Virus record (IMG/VR): IMGVR_UViG_3300011338_000078
Coordinates: 1-34,898 of that record
Reading direction: 5' to 3' (one strand)
Length of the DNA: 34,898 nucleotides
Origin: a virus
Lineage: Duplodnaviria > Caudoviricetes
The notes beneath the pieces are model-generated. The model was not told the DNA's origin. It saw only the letters and a program-made list of their open reading frames with translations, and ran no database searches. A program made the translations under genes and the position numbers. Positions 9,097-16,741 of this stretch are shown here, piece by piece. Every line of letters starts with the position of its first letter. The first letter of the stretch is position 1.

Positions 9097-11016
9097 ATGC
9101 CAACAGTAAACGTATTGGGTTATGGGACAGTGGAATTTCCTGATGGGATGACCCAGGAGGAGATGGCCTACGCACTGAGCCAACTACCTGAGAAGTACCC
9201 TGGCACGCCATCAATGGCAGACCAGTTGCTGCGCCAGGTGGGACTCACTGCGCGTGCAGTTGGTCCGGTTGGTGTAGGTGCTCTAGGTGGAGCAGCATTA
9301 GCCGGTCCCCCTGGCGCTGCCGTTGGAGCGCTTGGCGTTGGACTTGGCCAGATGGTAGGTGATCCGCTGGTTGGACTCTACAACCGAGCTATGGGTACTA
9401 ACGTGCCTACGCCATCACAGTCGATGGAAAGCCTAATGACTAAAGCTGGGCTGCCCGAGCCAGCTACGCCAACAGAGCGAGTAGTGCAAGACATTACCCG
9501 TTCTGGAGCCAGCGCTACCGGCTTTGCGCGCGGTGCTGGTCAGATGGGTACAACCATGCTGGCAGGGCGCCAGATGGCTGGTCAGCCTGCCGGTATCGCG
9601 CCTGAGATTTTGAAGTTGCTTGCTCGATACCCTGCCCAGCAGGTATCGGGCGCTGCGCTGGCCGGTGGCGCTGGTGGGATGCTGCGCGAGGGTGACGTAG
9701 GCACTGCCGGTCAGATGGCCGGTTCGTTGGCTGCTGGCATGGTGGCGCCTGGCGGTCCCAAGCTGCCGTTGACTCAGCGCATTGTTGCAGCACCTAAAAC
9801 GCTGGTGCAGCCGTTCACCGAGGAAGGCCGCCAGGTAATGATCGGCGGCGTGCTCAATAAGCTGGCGACTAACCCTGCCGCTGCGCAGGCACGTCTTGCA
9901 GAGGCTGCACCGCTTGTTCCTGGCGTCAGGCCAACTGTTGCGGGTGCTGCCTACGATCCAGGTCTTGCGGGTGCAGAGACAGCGATTAGGGGGTTGGATC
10001 AGTCTGGCGCTTTTGGGGCGCAAATAACTGCTAACCAGCAGGCATTGCTAGATGCCTATCGCCAATTATCGGGAAAACCAGGTTCTATTAAATACGCAGA
10101 GGAAAAGCGTGCAGGAATGACTACTCCAATGCGTGAGGAGGCATTTGGTGCTGTAACTGTTAAGCCAGAAACATTTCAAAGTGCAATTGGTTTGGTAGTC
10201 AATAACGCAGTCAAGAATGTTATGGATAGTCCAGTTGGAGTGCGTCTAGATGTTGAGAATGCAATGAATTGGGCGACAAGCAGAATTGCAAAGGCTAGAA
10301 ATCCGCAAGAGTTGTATGAGGTTCGCAAGGATTTGGCCGCAGCAGCACAAGGTAAATATAACCAAGATATTCCAAGTCTAAGACTTGCAAAGGGTCAACT
10401 TGCAGACGTAATTAGATCAATTGATGATGTGATCGAGGCTGCTGCACCTGGTTACGCTGAATACATGAGCAAGTACAAAAAAATGTCTAAGCCCATTGAC
10501 CAGATGCAATTGTTGCAGGACATTGAAGGAAAGGTAACTACTGGCTTACCAAATGTTGTCACTCAACAACCTGTTTTAGAAGCTGCAAAGTTACGCCGTC
10601 AGTTGGCAACCAGGGCAGATGAGATTGGAGCAGACCTATCTGCGCCTGCGCAGCGTCGCCTTGACAACATCATCACCGAGATCAATCGAGGCATGGCGGC
10701 TACAGGACCAGGCATCAAGGTCCCAGGCTCTGATACCTTTAAAAATATGTCTATGGGTAACTTTATCGGAAAAATGTTTAGCGAGTCCCTAGCCACCAAT
10801 ACTACGTTGCGCACCATGAGCAGGCCGTTGGACTTCCTGTACAAGCTGCCAGACGATAAGTTGCAGCAGTTGCTGGTGGAGGCTATGCTTGACCCTCAGT
10901 TAGCTGCGGTGATGATGAGCAAGGCCAACATGATGAAGGTAGAGCCTCTGGCCACATCACTACGTCAGAAGGCTATCCAGATGGGTATGGGTACGGCAAT
11001 CGGCGCCGGTCAATAA
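9097..11016 (+). CDS. Large internal virion/DNA ejection protein
   Basis: 639 aa. N-terminal VEFPDGM motif, glycine-zipper hydrophobic segments, helical C-terminus (EAMLDPQLAA). Confidence 0.65.
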   Translation: MPTVNVLGYGTVEFPDGMTQEEMAYALSQLPEKYPGTPSMADQLLRQVGLTARAVGPVGVGALGGAALAGPPGAAVGALGVGLGQMVGDPLVGLYNRAMGTNVPTPSQSMESLMTKAGLPEPATPTERVVQDITRSGASATGFARGAGQMGTTMLAGRQMAGQPAGIAPEILKLLARYPAQQVSGAALAGGAGGMLREGDVGTAGQMAGSLAAGMVAPGGPKLPLTQRIVAAPKTLVQPFTEEGRQVMIGGVLNKLATNPAAAQARLAEAAPLVPGVRPTVAGAAYDPGLAGAETAIRGLDQSGAFGAQITANQQALLDAYRQLSGKPGSIKYAEEKRAGMTTPMREEAFGAVTVKPETFQSAIGLVVNNAVKNVMDSPVGVRLDVENAMNWATSRIAKARNPQELYEVRKDLAAAAQGKYNQDIPSLRLAKGQLADVIRSIDDVIEAAAPGYAEYMSKYKKMSKPIDQMQLLQDIEGKVTTGLPNVVTQQPVLEAAKLRRQLATRADEIGADLSAPAQRRLDNIITEINRGMAATGPGIKVPGSDTFKNMSMGNFIGKMFSESLATNTTLRTMSRPLDFLYKLPDDKLQQLLVEAMLDPQLAAVMMSKANMMKVEPLATSLRQKAIQMGMGTAIGAGQ

Positions 11017-11028
11017 GGAGAAACTGAG

Positions 11029-13176
11029 ATGGCAGACCGTATTCAAGCTACACCAAGAAATCCATTTCTTGGATTGTTGTATGACTACACGCAAGGTGGA
11101 CTAGATTACTTGCGCGATCCAAGGTTTAGGCAGGCCATGATGCAACTGCCTGCTCCAGTGCGTCCTTTTGGCATGGGCGCAGTTTCATTGCCAGGATTGC
11201 TTGAAAGCACCGGCCTACCTAAGACGTTAGAGCGATCTGCTTACGGTGAGGATTTGACAAACATTAGCCGAGCCAATGTGCCAATGCTCAAGCCTGAGAC
11301 TGCTGATGCCTTGATGACTTTGGCGCCAATGATTGGCCCTGCTATACGTCAAACCGCATCGACATCTAGGTTTTTGGCGCCTAAAGCTGGACAGTTAGCA
11401 GAGGACTATATGCGAGGCATGGGAATGATGCCTGGTATTGTGCCTAACGAGGGTGCAGGACTGCTTGGAAATACTCCTACTACCGCAAAAGCATCAAACC
11501 TCAGAGAGGCAGAGGTTGGTCGAGTAAATCGTCGAATAGCAACTACTGGACAGTATGTTGGAGCGCCACCAGGAGTTGATTCTCCGCAATCGTTAGGTGC
11601 AATGGTTAACAACTACGTCAAAGGCATGGAAGAAGGGTTGCCTGGTAGAAATTTCTACACTGATTCAAGTAAAGATATTTTTGCTCGCACTGGTCAAAAT
11701 ATGACAGAGTCAGATTTACTTGCGCAAAATATTGCTACTCTAAGCAGAGCAAACAATGTTGGTGGAAACACATCAATGTCTGCAAAGGCGCACATACAGG
11801 CAGCAACTGGCGACCCAATCAAAACAGGACGATTCCCAAGCAAGGATTCACCGCCATTACAAGCAATGTATGACGCTGGTCAAGCTGAATACTTAGGCCA
11901 CAAACGCGATCCGTTTGCTACTCAACTTGGCGTTGAATGGGCGCCAGAACGCATTGGCCGTGGTGTTAACGATATGCATGAAGCAGAGTTGATGGGATAT
12001 CCATCTGGGAAAGTTGGTGGAGCTACGCAGCATGACTTTATGGATGAGGTAAGGGCGCGTGCAATTGCTAAAGCCAACGAACTTCAGTTAGGTGGTTTTT
12101 CAGATTGGAATACAGGAAATGCACAAGCAGCAGCATGGACCGGTAACAAAATTAGACGGGGAGATTTATCTGCTGGTGATGCAGCAAAATCCTACGCAAA
12201 TTATTTTCCATTACATGAAGCAAATGCAACATATGAGTCTGTAAGCAGTCCAGTGACAGGGCATTTGCGAGGACTTTTAGATGCTCCATTTGAGGAGCGT
12301 TTAAAGTACACGCTAGACCCCAGAGGTTCATGGGATACTTCAGCCTCTGGACGAGACATCGGATATACAGCAGCAGGAATGCTTCCTGGTGAAACAGTAC
12401 AAACAGTTGGAAGATTCAAAGAATCTGCAAACCCAGCATTTGTTGCTAGGCCAGTAATTGGAACCGAGACTACAGCAGACGGTTCAAGAGTAATGACTCC
12501 AGGCTCTAAAAAATCATTAACCGCCGTAGAGGCTTCCAGAGCATATTTTGATGCGCAAGAGGCAGGTGCATGGCATCGAATCATGCCAGCAAAAAATGCA
12601 GATGCATACACTGGTGCTGGTATTGATTTTGGTAGAAACTTTACTGCCTCAGACATGGAAAAAATTGCTCCATTATTTGAAGCGCGAGGATATTACCTAG
12701 GTAGTTCTCCGAACGGAATTACTGTCATGGCAAATAATTCCACTAAAGTAGGAAAAGATTTTTCAAAAGAAATTAAAGAAATTTTAAAATCAAACAAAGA
12801 GGCATTTAAAAATGCAAAAGTAGAATTTGGAACACTTGAAAGTGATTACATTGATTACGGTGGAGCTTACACAAGCAATGTTCCTGGATCAGTTACATCT
12901 GAAATGCTAAAGCGTCTTGATGCAGCACCTGAAACTGCTGGACTATTACAAAATAGCCAACTTTATAAGGATACAGTTCTTGCAAGAAATGCACGAGATG
13001 CGGATGCTGCAAAAGCAGGATATGGGGTAAGCAGAAAAGACTTGGAAAATGCAAGAAAAATATTTGCCAAAGAGGGGTTTGAAGGTCTTCGGCGTGCAGC
13101 TGCTGCCGGAACTGTGCCAGCCGCCTTTATGTACGATGCAGTTCCAGGCCAGCAACCATCTTGGATGAGGCGTTAA
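11029..13176 (+). CDS. Putative virion-associated protein with leader plus helical cargo domain (HhH-glycosylase/DUF7178-like motifs)
   Basis: RBS AAGGAG, 715 aa, last gene of the late operon. Motif series FY...ATLS....V..N...GHK...F...VNDMH...QAAAW. Confidence 0.55.
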   Translation: MADRIQATPRNPFLGLLYDYTQGGLDYLRDPRFRQAMMQLPAPVRPFGMGAVSLPGLLESTGLPKTLERSAYGEDLTNISRANVPMLKPETADALMTLAPMIGPAIRQTASTSRFLAPKAGQLAEDYMRGMGMMPGIVPNEGAGLLGNTPTTAKASNLREAEVGRVNRRIATTGQYVGAPPGVDSPQSLGAMVNNYVKGMEEGLPGRNFYTDSSKDIFARTGQNMTESDLLAQNIATLSRANNVGGNTSMSAKAHIQAATGDPIKTGRFPSKDSPPLQAMYDAGQAEYLGHKRDPFATQLGVEWAPERIGRGVNDMHEAELMGYPSGKVGGATQHDFMDEVRARAIAKANELQLGGFSDWNTGNAQAAAWTGNKIRRGDLSAGDAAKSYANYFPLHEANATYESVSSPVTGHLRGLLDAPFEERLKYTLDPRGSWDTSASGRDIGYTAAGMLPGETVQTVGRFKESANPAFVARPVIGTETTADGSRVMTPGSKKSLTAVEASRAYFDAQEAGAWHRIMPAKNADAYTGAGIDFGRNFTASDMEKIAPLFEARGYYLGSSPNGITVMANNSTKVGKDFSKEIKEILKSNKEAFKNAKVEFGTLESDYIDYGGAYTSNVPGSVTSEMLKRLDAAPETAGLLQNSQLYKDTVLARNARDADAAKAGYGVSRKDLENARKIFAKEGFEGLRRAAAAGTVPAAFMYDAVPGQQPSWMRR

Positions 13177-13321
13177 GAGTATTTTGATGGGATATTTGCC
13201 GAGGCAATGCTGTTGTAACTTGGCTAAAAAATCCCATTAAATAATCCGCACGTTTTTCCCACCGTTCATCTGAACGACTTTTTCGCCATTGAATTTCTGC
13301 GTTTGTACGATTTTTCTTCAC
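13127..13321 (-). CDS. 64-aa basic hypothetical protein convergent with the 11029 gene
   Basis: GTG start overlaps the upstream TGA (GTGA), with GGAG 7 nt upstream. Overlaps the opposite gene's 3' end by 50 nt. Confidence 0.5.
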   Translation of the reverse strand: MKKNRTNAEIQWRKSRSDERWEKRADYLMGFFSQVTTALPRQISHQNTLNASSKMVAGLELHRT

Positions 13322-13689
13322 TTGTACTCTCCATAAAACGCGCTAATCATAGGATCGCGCCTAGGTTTGATGCTCTTAGCCTTCTCCCTGGCCTGGCGAA
13401 ACTCTTTGTCCTCCTGAGTCTCCCTGGCTCTGGACTTCTTCTTACGCTCTGTATCCGTCACCCGTGGAGGCTTTGGCGTATCGACGCCTATGCCTGCCCT
13501 AAACACTGCCGCAATGCCGTCGGGCTGCCTTCGCCACCCTGACCTGTAGATCAGCCCCTTGCGGCGCATCTTGGCCAGCAGCTCCTGCGCAGACCTTTGG
13601 GTGCAGTGGACCAGAACGCATATCTCTGATGTGGACATATCCTTGCGCTGCAATATGTCTAGTATGCGCGGTTCCCTGACGGACTTCAT
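13318..13689 (-). CDS. Winged-HTH DNA-binding protein
   Basis: ILDILQRKDMSTSEICVLVHCTQRSAQELLAKMRRKGLI is a wHTH pattern, followed by a basic tail. Confidence 0.7.
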   Translation of the reverse strand: MKSVREPRILDILQRKDMSTSEICVLVHCTQRSAQELLAKMRRKGLIYRSGWRRQPDGIAAVFRAGIGVDTPKPPRVTDTERKKKSRARETQEDKEFRQAREKAKSIKPRRDPMISAFYGEYK

Positions 13690-13895
13690 ATCCCCCTACT
13701 CCTGATCTGGAGGTGGTCATTGGCGCCAGGGCGAGGCGTGGCCATCTGAGGCGGTTGATACACTGGCTGGCGCCAGATAGAGATCGCGGGAGGCTCGGCT
13801 TCGCCTGGCAGTTTCTCGCGTGGTGACCACTCACCAGCCAGGCCGAGTACGCGGCGCTTAGAGTCGCTGCCATTTGCAAATCGTGTGACTGTCAT
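13686..13895 (-). CDS. Hypothetical protein
   Basis: ATGA overlaps at both ends. Ends RPGANDHLQIRSRGI. Confidence 0.65.
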   Translation of the reverse strand: MTVTRFANGSDSKRRVLGLAGEWSPREKLPGEAEPPAISIWRQPVYQPPQMATPRPGANDHLQIRSRGI

Positions 13896-14083
13896 GTGTT
13901 TTCCTGTGGTGGTGTGCAAGTGTGGATGTGGTCAGCAGCGCCTAATCGTTTGCCGCAGCGTTCGCAGAAATTTCGTTCTTTCAGTTTGTACTTTTTCTTT
14001 GCGTCAAAGTACCCGCTTTGGTACGCAATCAGCAACGCATTGCCATCGTCTTTGTAGACTTGGATGTCATCATCTTCATTCAT
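13892..14083 (-). CDS. Small zinc-finger-like protein
   Basis: FCERCGK...HIHTC, coupled to its neighbours. Confidence 0.65.
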   Translation of the reverse strand: MNEDDDIQVYKDDGNALLIAYQSGYFDAKKKYKLKERNFCERCGKRLGAADHIHTCTPPQENT

Positions 14084-14405
14084 TGTTTTCTTCCTTTAAC
14101 TTAGCCGCCACAGCCTGAGTAATAATAAGGAAGTCAGCAAAATCAATCTCTGCTTCCGTTTCATTTGCAACTTGTGATACACGCCACCATTCAAACCATT
14201 CATTACCCGTTGGCTCTACCCACGGGCGCTGTGGTGGGGTGGTGTAAAGGGGAATAGTTGGTTTGAATCCGTGATATTCGTCCATCTCTTTTGTGTCCTT
14301 CCAAAACACCATGTTCTTGTCAGGATGTTTCCACGCTACCGGCTCCTGCGCTGGCTGTTCCAGCTTGTCCCGCGCCGCTGCCTTTTTGCTTTGATAGCCT
14401 GTCAT
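14076..14405 (-). CDS. Eaa/Ead-like modular early protein
   Basis: QEPVAW...PLYTTPPQRPW motifs typical of lambdoid ea-region proteins. Start at the ATGA overlap at 14405. Confidence 0.65.
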   Translation of the reverse strand: MTGYQSKKAAARDKLEQPAQEPVAWKHPDKNMVFWKDTKEMDEYHGFKPTIPLYTTPPQRPWVEPTGNEWFEWWRVSQVANETEAEIDFADFLIITQAVAAKLKEENNE

Positions 14406-14485
14406 TTTCCGCAACTCCTACACTTAGTTAATATTGTGAACACAGGTCGCTTGCAGTACACGCAATAAGATTGATAGCCTGTCAT
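14402..14485 (-). CDS. 27-aa zinc-ribbon miniprotein (not in ORF track)
   Basis: MTGYQSYCVYCKRPVFTILTKCRSCGK, with two CxxC pairs, RBS AAGGAG and ATGA overlaps at both ends. Confidence 0.7.
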   Translation of the reverse strand: MTGYQSYCVYCKRPVFTILTKCRSCGK

Positions 14486-14730
14486 GTTTGCTCCTTAGTA
14501 AAACCGCGCCATTTTGAGCCCACAAGCACCATGCTTGAGTAAGACGTATTTGTACTTGATGTGTAGTGCTTTTCTTGTTCAGCGTAATCTATTCGATTAC
14601 TACATAGCCGCCATCCACGATGGTCGTAATAGGAATATTTATTTGACTTACTGTTTGGCGTTCGCACTTCGTAAACACCCTTATGCACAGGCTTGATGTG
14701 CGATGGAAACCACGGTGTCATCTTATTCAT
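14482..14730 (-). CDS. Hypothetical protein
   Basis: MNKMTPWFPSHIKPVHKGVYEV...WRG. TGATG overlap with the upstream gene. Confidence 0.7.
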   Translation of the reverse strand: MNKMTPWFPSHIKPVHKGVYEVRTPNSKSNKYSYYDHRGWRLCSNRIDYAEQEKHYTSSTNTSYSSMVLVGSKWRGFTKEQT

Positions 14731-14951
14731 CACTTCCCCCAAATAACCAAACACACAATCCACACGCCAAGCACCGCAGTCAACATGGTAAGCAAGGCTT
14801 TAAACGTGTCGGCAAGGTCGTCTATCGGGTCGCCTAACTGTGCGTCCTTGTACCCATTGCAATAGGCGTCATTGATTTCTTTAAGTCGTTGCTTGCGTAT
14901 GGGGCAGTCTTTGCCTTGTTCGCATTGACCATTTGCGTTACAGCAGTTCAT
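14730..14951 (-). CDS. Cys-rich small protein with C-terminal TM helix
   Basis: MNCCNANGQCEQGKDCPIR...LLTMLTAVLGVWIVCLVIWGK, ATGA coupling. Confidence 0.7.
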   Translation of the reverse strand: MNCCNANGQCEQGKDCPIRKQRLKEINDAYCNGYKDAQLGDPIDDLADTFKALLTMLTAVLGVWIVCLVIWGK

Positions 14952-15115
14952 TTTGCATCCTTCCATGTCCAGCCAAGCAAGCGCTCGGTGTTGGCAATCT
15001 GTTCGTCTGTGGGTTTGTGATACATGGAAAACATAGTTTTCTGCGGCGCTTCGGCGTACAGCACCCAGTACCCAACTGGCGGCGGCGGTGGTGCGTAAAA
15101 TTTGTATTCGTTCAT
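14948..15115 (-). CDS. 55-aa hypothetical protein (not in ORF track)
   Basis: MNEYKFYAPPPPPVGYW...LLGWTWKDAK. RBS GGAG and ATGA overlaps at both ends; fills the gap exactly. Confidence 0.7.
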   Translation of the reverse strand: MNEYKFYAPPPPPVGYWVLYAEAPQKTMFSMYHKPTDEQIANTERLLGWTWKDAK

Positions 15116-15303
15116 TTGTACTCTCCCAAACGTGTGTTCAGACGCTCAATGCGGCCCAAATTAAGGTCAAGCACCGCCTGTGCATACTCAACTGCCCCTT
15201 CGGCCTCAAGCCTGTCTAGGTGGGCCTGCGCCAGTTCACGCTGGATAACCTCGGCTGGCGTTAGGTCGCGGTAGTAGTCCTTCAGAAACTTTATAAATTT
15301 CAT
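15112..15303 (-). CDS. Hypothetical coiled-coil protein
   Basis: 63 aa, RBS GGAG, coupled to its neighbours. Confidence 0.7.
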   Translation of the reverse strand: MKFIKFLKDYYRDLTPAEVIQRELAQAHLDRLEAEGAVEYAQAVLDLNLGRIERLNTRLGEYK

Positions 15304-15770
15304 GCTGTTTTCTCCATAATTACCAGCGCCTTGCGGTTCTTGATTTCGTCCCTGACCATGTTGAGGGCATCCTCCATATGGTGTATGGCGGTCACTTCTA
15401 TCTGCGCATCATGTATCTCCATGCCCAGGTTAATGGCAGCCAATTCCTGCCCTTTAAGCACAAAGCGATACTCTCGGTCTATCCCGCGTTTAGAGACGGC
15501 GTATAGCGCGTCCTGGGCGGCTCTAACGTCATCCCTGTACTCATCACCGATGCCAAGACGTTGTAGTGCCTCTGCAATGTTGAAAGCCTCAATGATGCAG
15601 TCAATATCCTCTCGGTCCGCAACGCCTTTGCGTAGTGCGTCGATGGCGTGGTGGTTCTTGATCTGCACATTGACAATGCCAGCCTGCGATATAGGCTTGA
15701 ACCCGTTCATCAACCAGGCTACGGGGTTGGGGTGCTGCGGCTTGGGCCTGTAACTGCTACGCTTTCTCAC
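15300..15770 (-). CDS. Hypothetical protein
   Basis: 156 aa helical protein, GTG start overlapping the upstream stop. Confidence 0.75.
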   Translation of the reverse strand: MRKRSSYRPKPQHPNPVAWLMNGFKPISQAGIVNVQIKNHHAIDALRKGVADREDIDCIIEAFNIAEALQRLGIGDEYRDDVRAAQDALYAVSKRGIDREYRFVLKGQELAAINLGMEIHDAQIEVTAIHHMEDALNMVRDEIKNRKALVIMEKTA

Positions 15771-16012
15771 CGCTTCAACTCCATGATCTCAAGCTCCAGC
15801 TGCTTGCAATGCTGGGCAAGGTTGTCGTAGTCCTGCTTGTACCTGGTGCTGGTCAGTTTCTCAGCACCGACCCACCCGATTAGCGTTCCCCTGGTGGCCG
15901 CCATCCGCAGGTGGGAAACCATCTCATGCGTGGTCAGGATTCCCAGGCTGCCTGGTTTGGGTGACAGCTCTGCCACCAGCGCGTCTATCTCTTTTTGCAT
16001 TGACTCAGACAT
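15767..16012 (-). CDS. Hypothetical protein
   Basis: Start at ATG 16012 (MSESMQKEID), with GGGAG upstream. Confidence 0.65.
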   Translation of the reverse strand: MSESMQKEIDALVAELSPKPGSLGILTTHEMVSHLRMAATRGTLIGWVGAEKLTSTRYKQDYDNLAQHCKQLELEIMELKR

Positions 16013-16013
16013 A

Positions 16014-16127
16014 TCAGACTCCCATGAATAAGAAAAAGGCCAACCCGACTCCGATGGCCAGGGCCAGGGCAAGGTCTGCCCACTTACGGGTTGTCGGTTG
16101 GATGGTGTAGTGTTCGCGGTAGCGCAT
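16014..16127 (-). CDS. 37-aa single-TM protein (not in ORF track)
   Basis: MRYREHYTIQPTTRKWADLALALAIGVGLAFFLFMGV, RBS TAGGAG. Confidence 0.7.
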   Translation of the reverse strand: MRYREHYTIQPTTRKWADLALALAIGVGLAFFLFMGV

Positions 16128-16144
16128 AGTGATCTCCTAAAGAT

Positions 16145-16158
16145 GGGGCCGTAGCCCC
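16145..16158 (-). promoter_or_regulatory. GC hairpin with cUACGg (UNCG) tetraloop just upstream of an RBS
   Basis: Minus strand reads GGGGC-TACG-GCCCC followed by ATCTTTAGGAG. Confidence 0.55.
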
Positions 16159-16164
16159 GTGGGT

Positions 16165-16353
16165 TTACTGGTAAGACAAACCTTGAAACTCAAACGAGTC
16201 TGCTAACTCTGGCGCAGCAGACTTGCGAACGTTGATAGAAATACAAGCAAAGCCATAACGCTCTGCAAGGTACTCCAAAGCGTCTGGAGTGTTAGCCACT
16301 ACCGTGATGGTGGTAGCGTTAAAGTCTGAGGGAGCGAAAGTGAAATCGGTCAT
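16165..16353 (-). CDS. First early gene, small acidic hypothetical protein
   Basis: 62 aa, RBS AGGAGG, directly downstream of the leftward promoter. Confidence 0.75.
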   Translation of the reverse strand: MTDFTFAPSDFNATTITVVANTPDALEYLAERYGFACISINVRKSAAPELADSFEFQGLSYQ

Positions 16354-16397
16354 AAGACCTCCTAGAAAGTGCCTTGCGGCGGGTTGTTGATGGCTGA

Positions 16398-16427
16398 ATC
16401 ATAATGCCTAATTGACTACTTCGTCAA
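16398..16427 (-). promoter_or_regulatory. Leftward sigma70 promoter
   Basis: Minus strand TTGACG (16422-16427), 18-nt spacer, TATGAT (16398-16403). Confidence 0.7.
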
Positions 16428-16513
16428 CTATTTATCTAGGGGTTTTCCCTAAGTACCACAAATAAATTGCTTTTCTAGTCAAAAAACAGGTCTAGAATGG
16501 ACGCATTCGTCAA
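16412..16513. promoter_or_regulatory. Three operator-like palindromes, consensus TTGAC-N6-GTCAA
   Basis: TTGACtacttcGTCAA 16412-16427, TTGctttctaGTCAA-type copy 16467-16482, TgGACgcattcGTCAA 16498-16513. Confidence 0.65.
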
Positions 16514-16531
16514 TTAAAGGGGTTAGGCACA

Positions 16532-16741
16532 ATGGTTACGTCAACAGAGCAAGCAATTAAGGCAATTCTTCGGAGGGCAAAGAAAAAAGGGTTCAAGATG
16601 AACGATATTGCGTACGCGGCTGGAATAGACCCTGCCCAGATCAGTAGATGGAGCACCGGCAAGACTATCCCTTTGTACTCCAACATCTTGAAGTTGGAGC
16701 AAGCCGTGGTCGCGCTGATAGCGGCCAAGGCGCAAGCATGA
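16532..16741 (+). CDS. Cro/XRE-family HTH regulator
   Basis: MNDIAYAAGIDPAQISRWSTGKTIP is a classic XRE HTH. 69 aa, with no peptidase domain. Confidence 0.88.
   Translation: MVTSTEQAIKAILRRAKKKGFKMNDIAYAAGIDPAQISRWSTGKTIPLYSNILKLEQAVVALIAAKAQA

Noticed and set aside
16467-16498. Canonical rightward sigma70 promoter TTGCTT...TAGAAT
   Set aside because: The spacer is 20 nt, too long. A promoter probably exists here but its -35 cannot be assigned.
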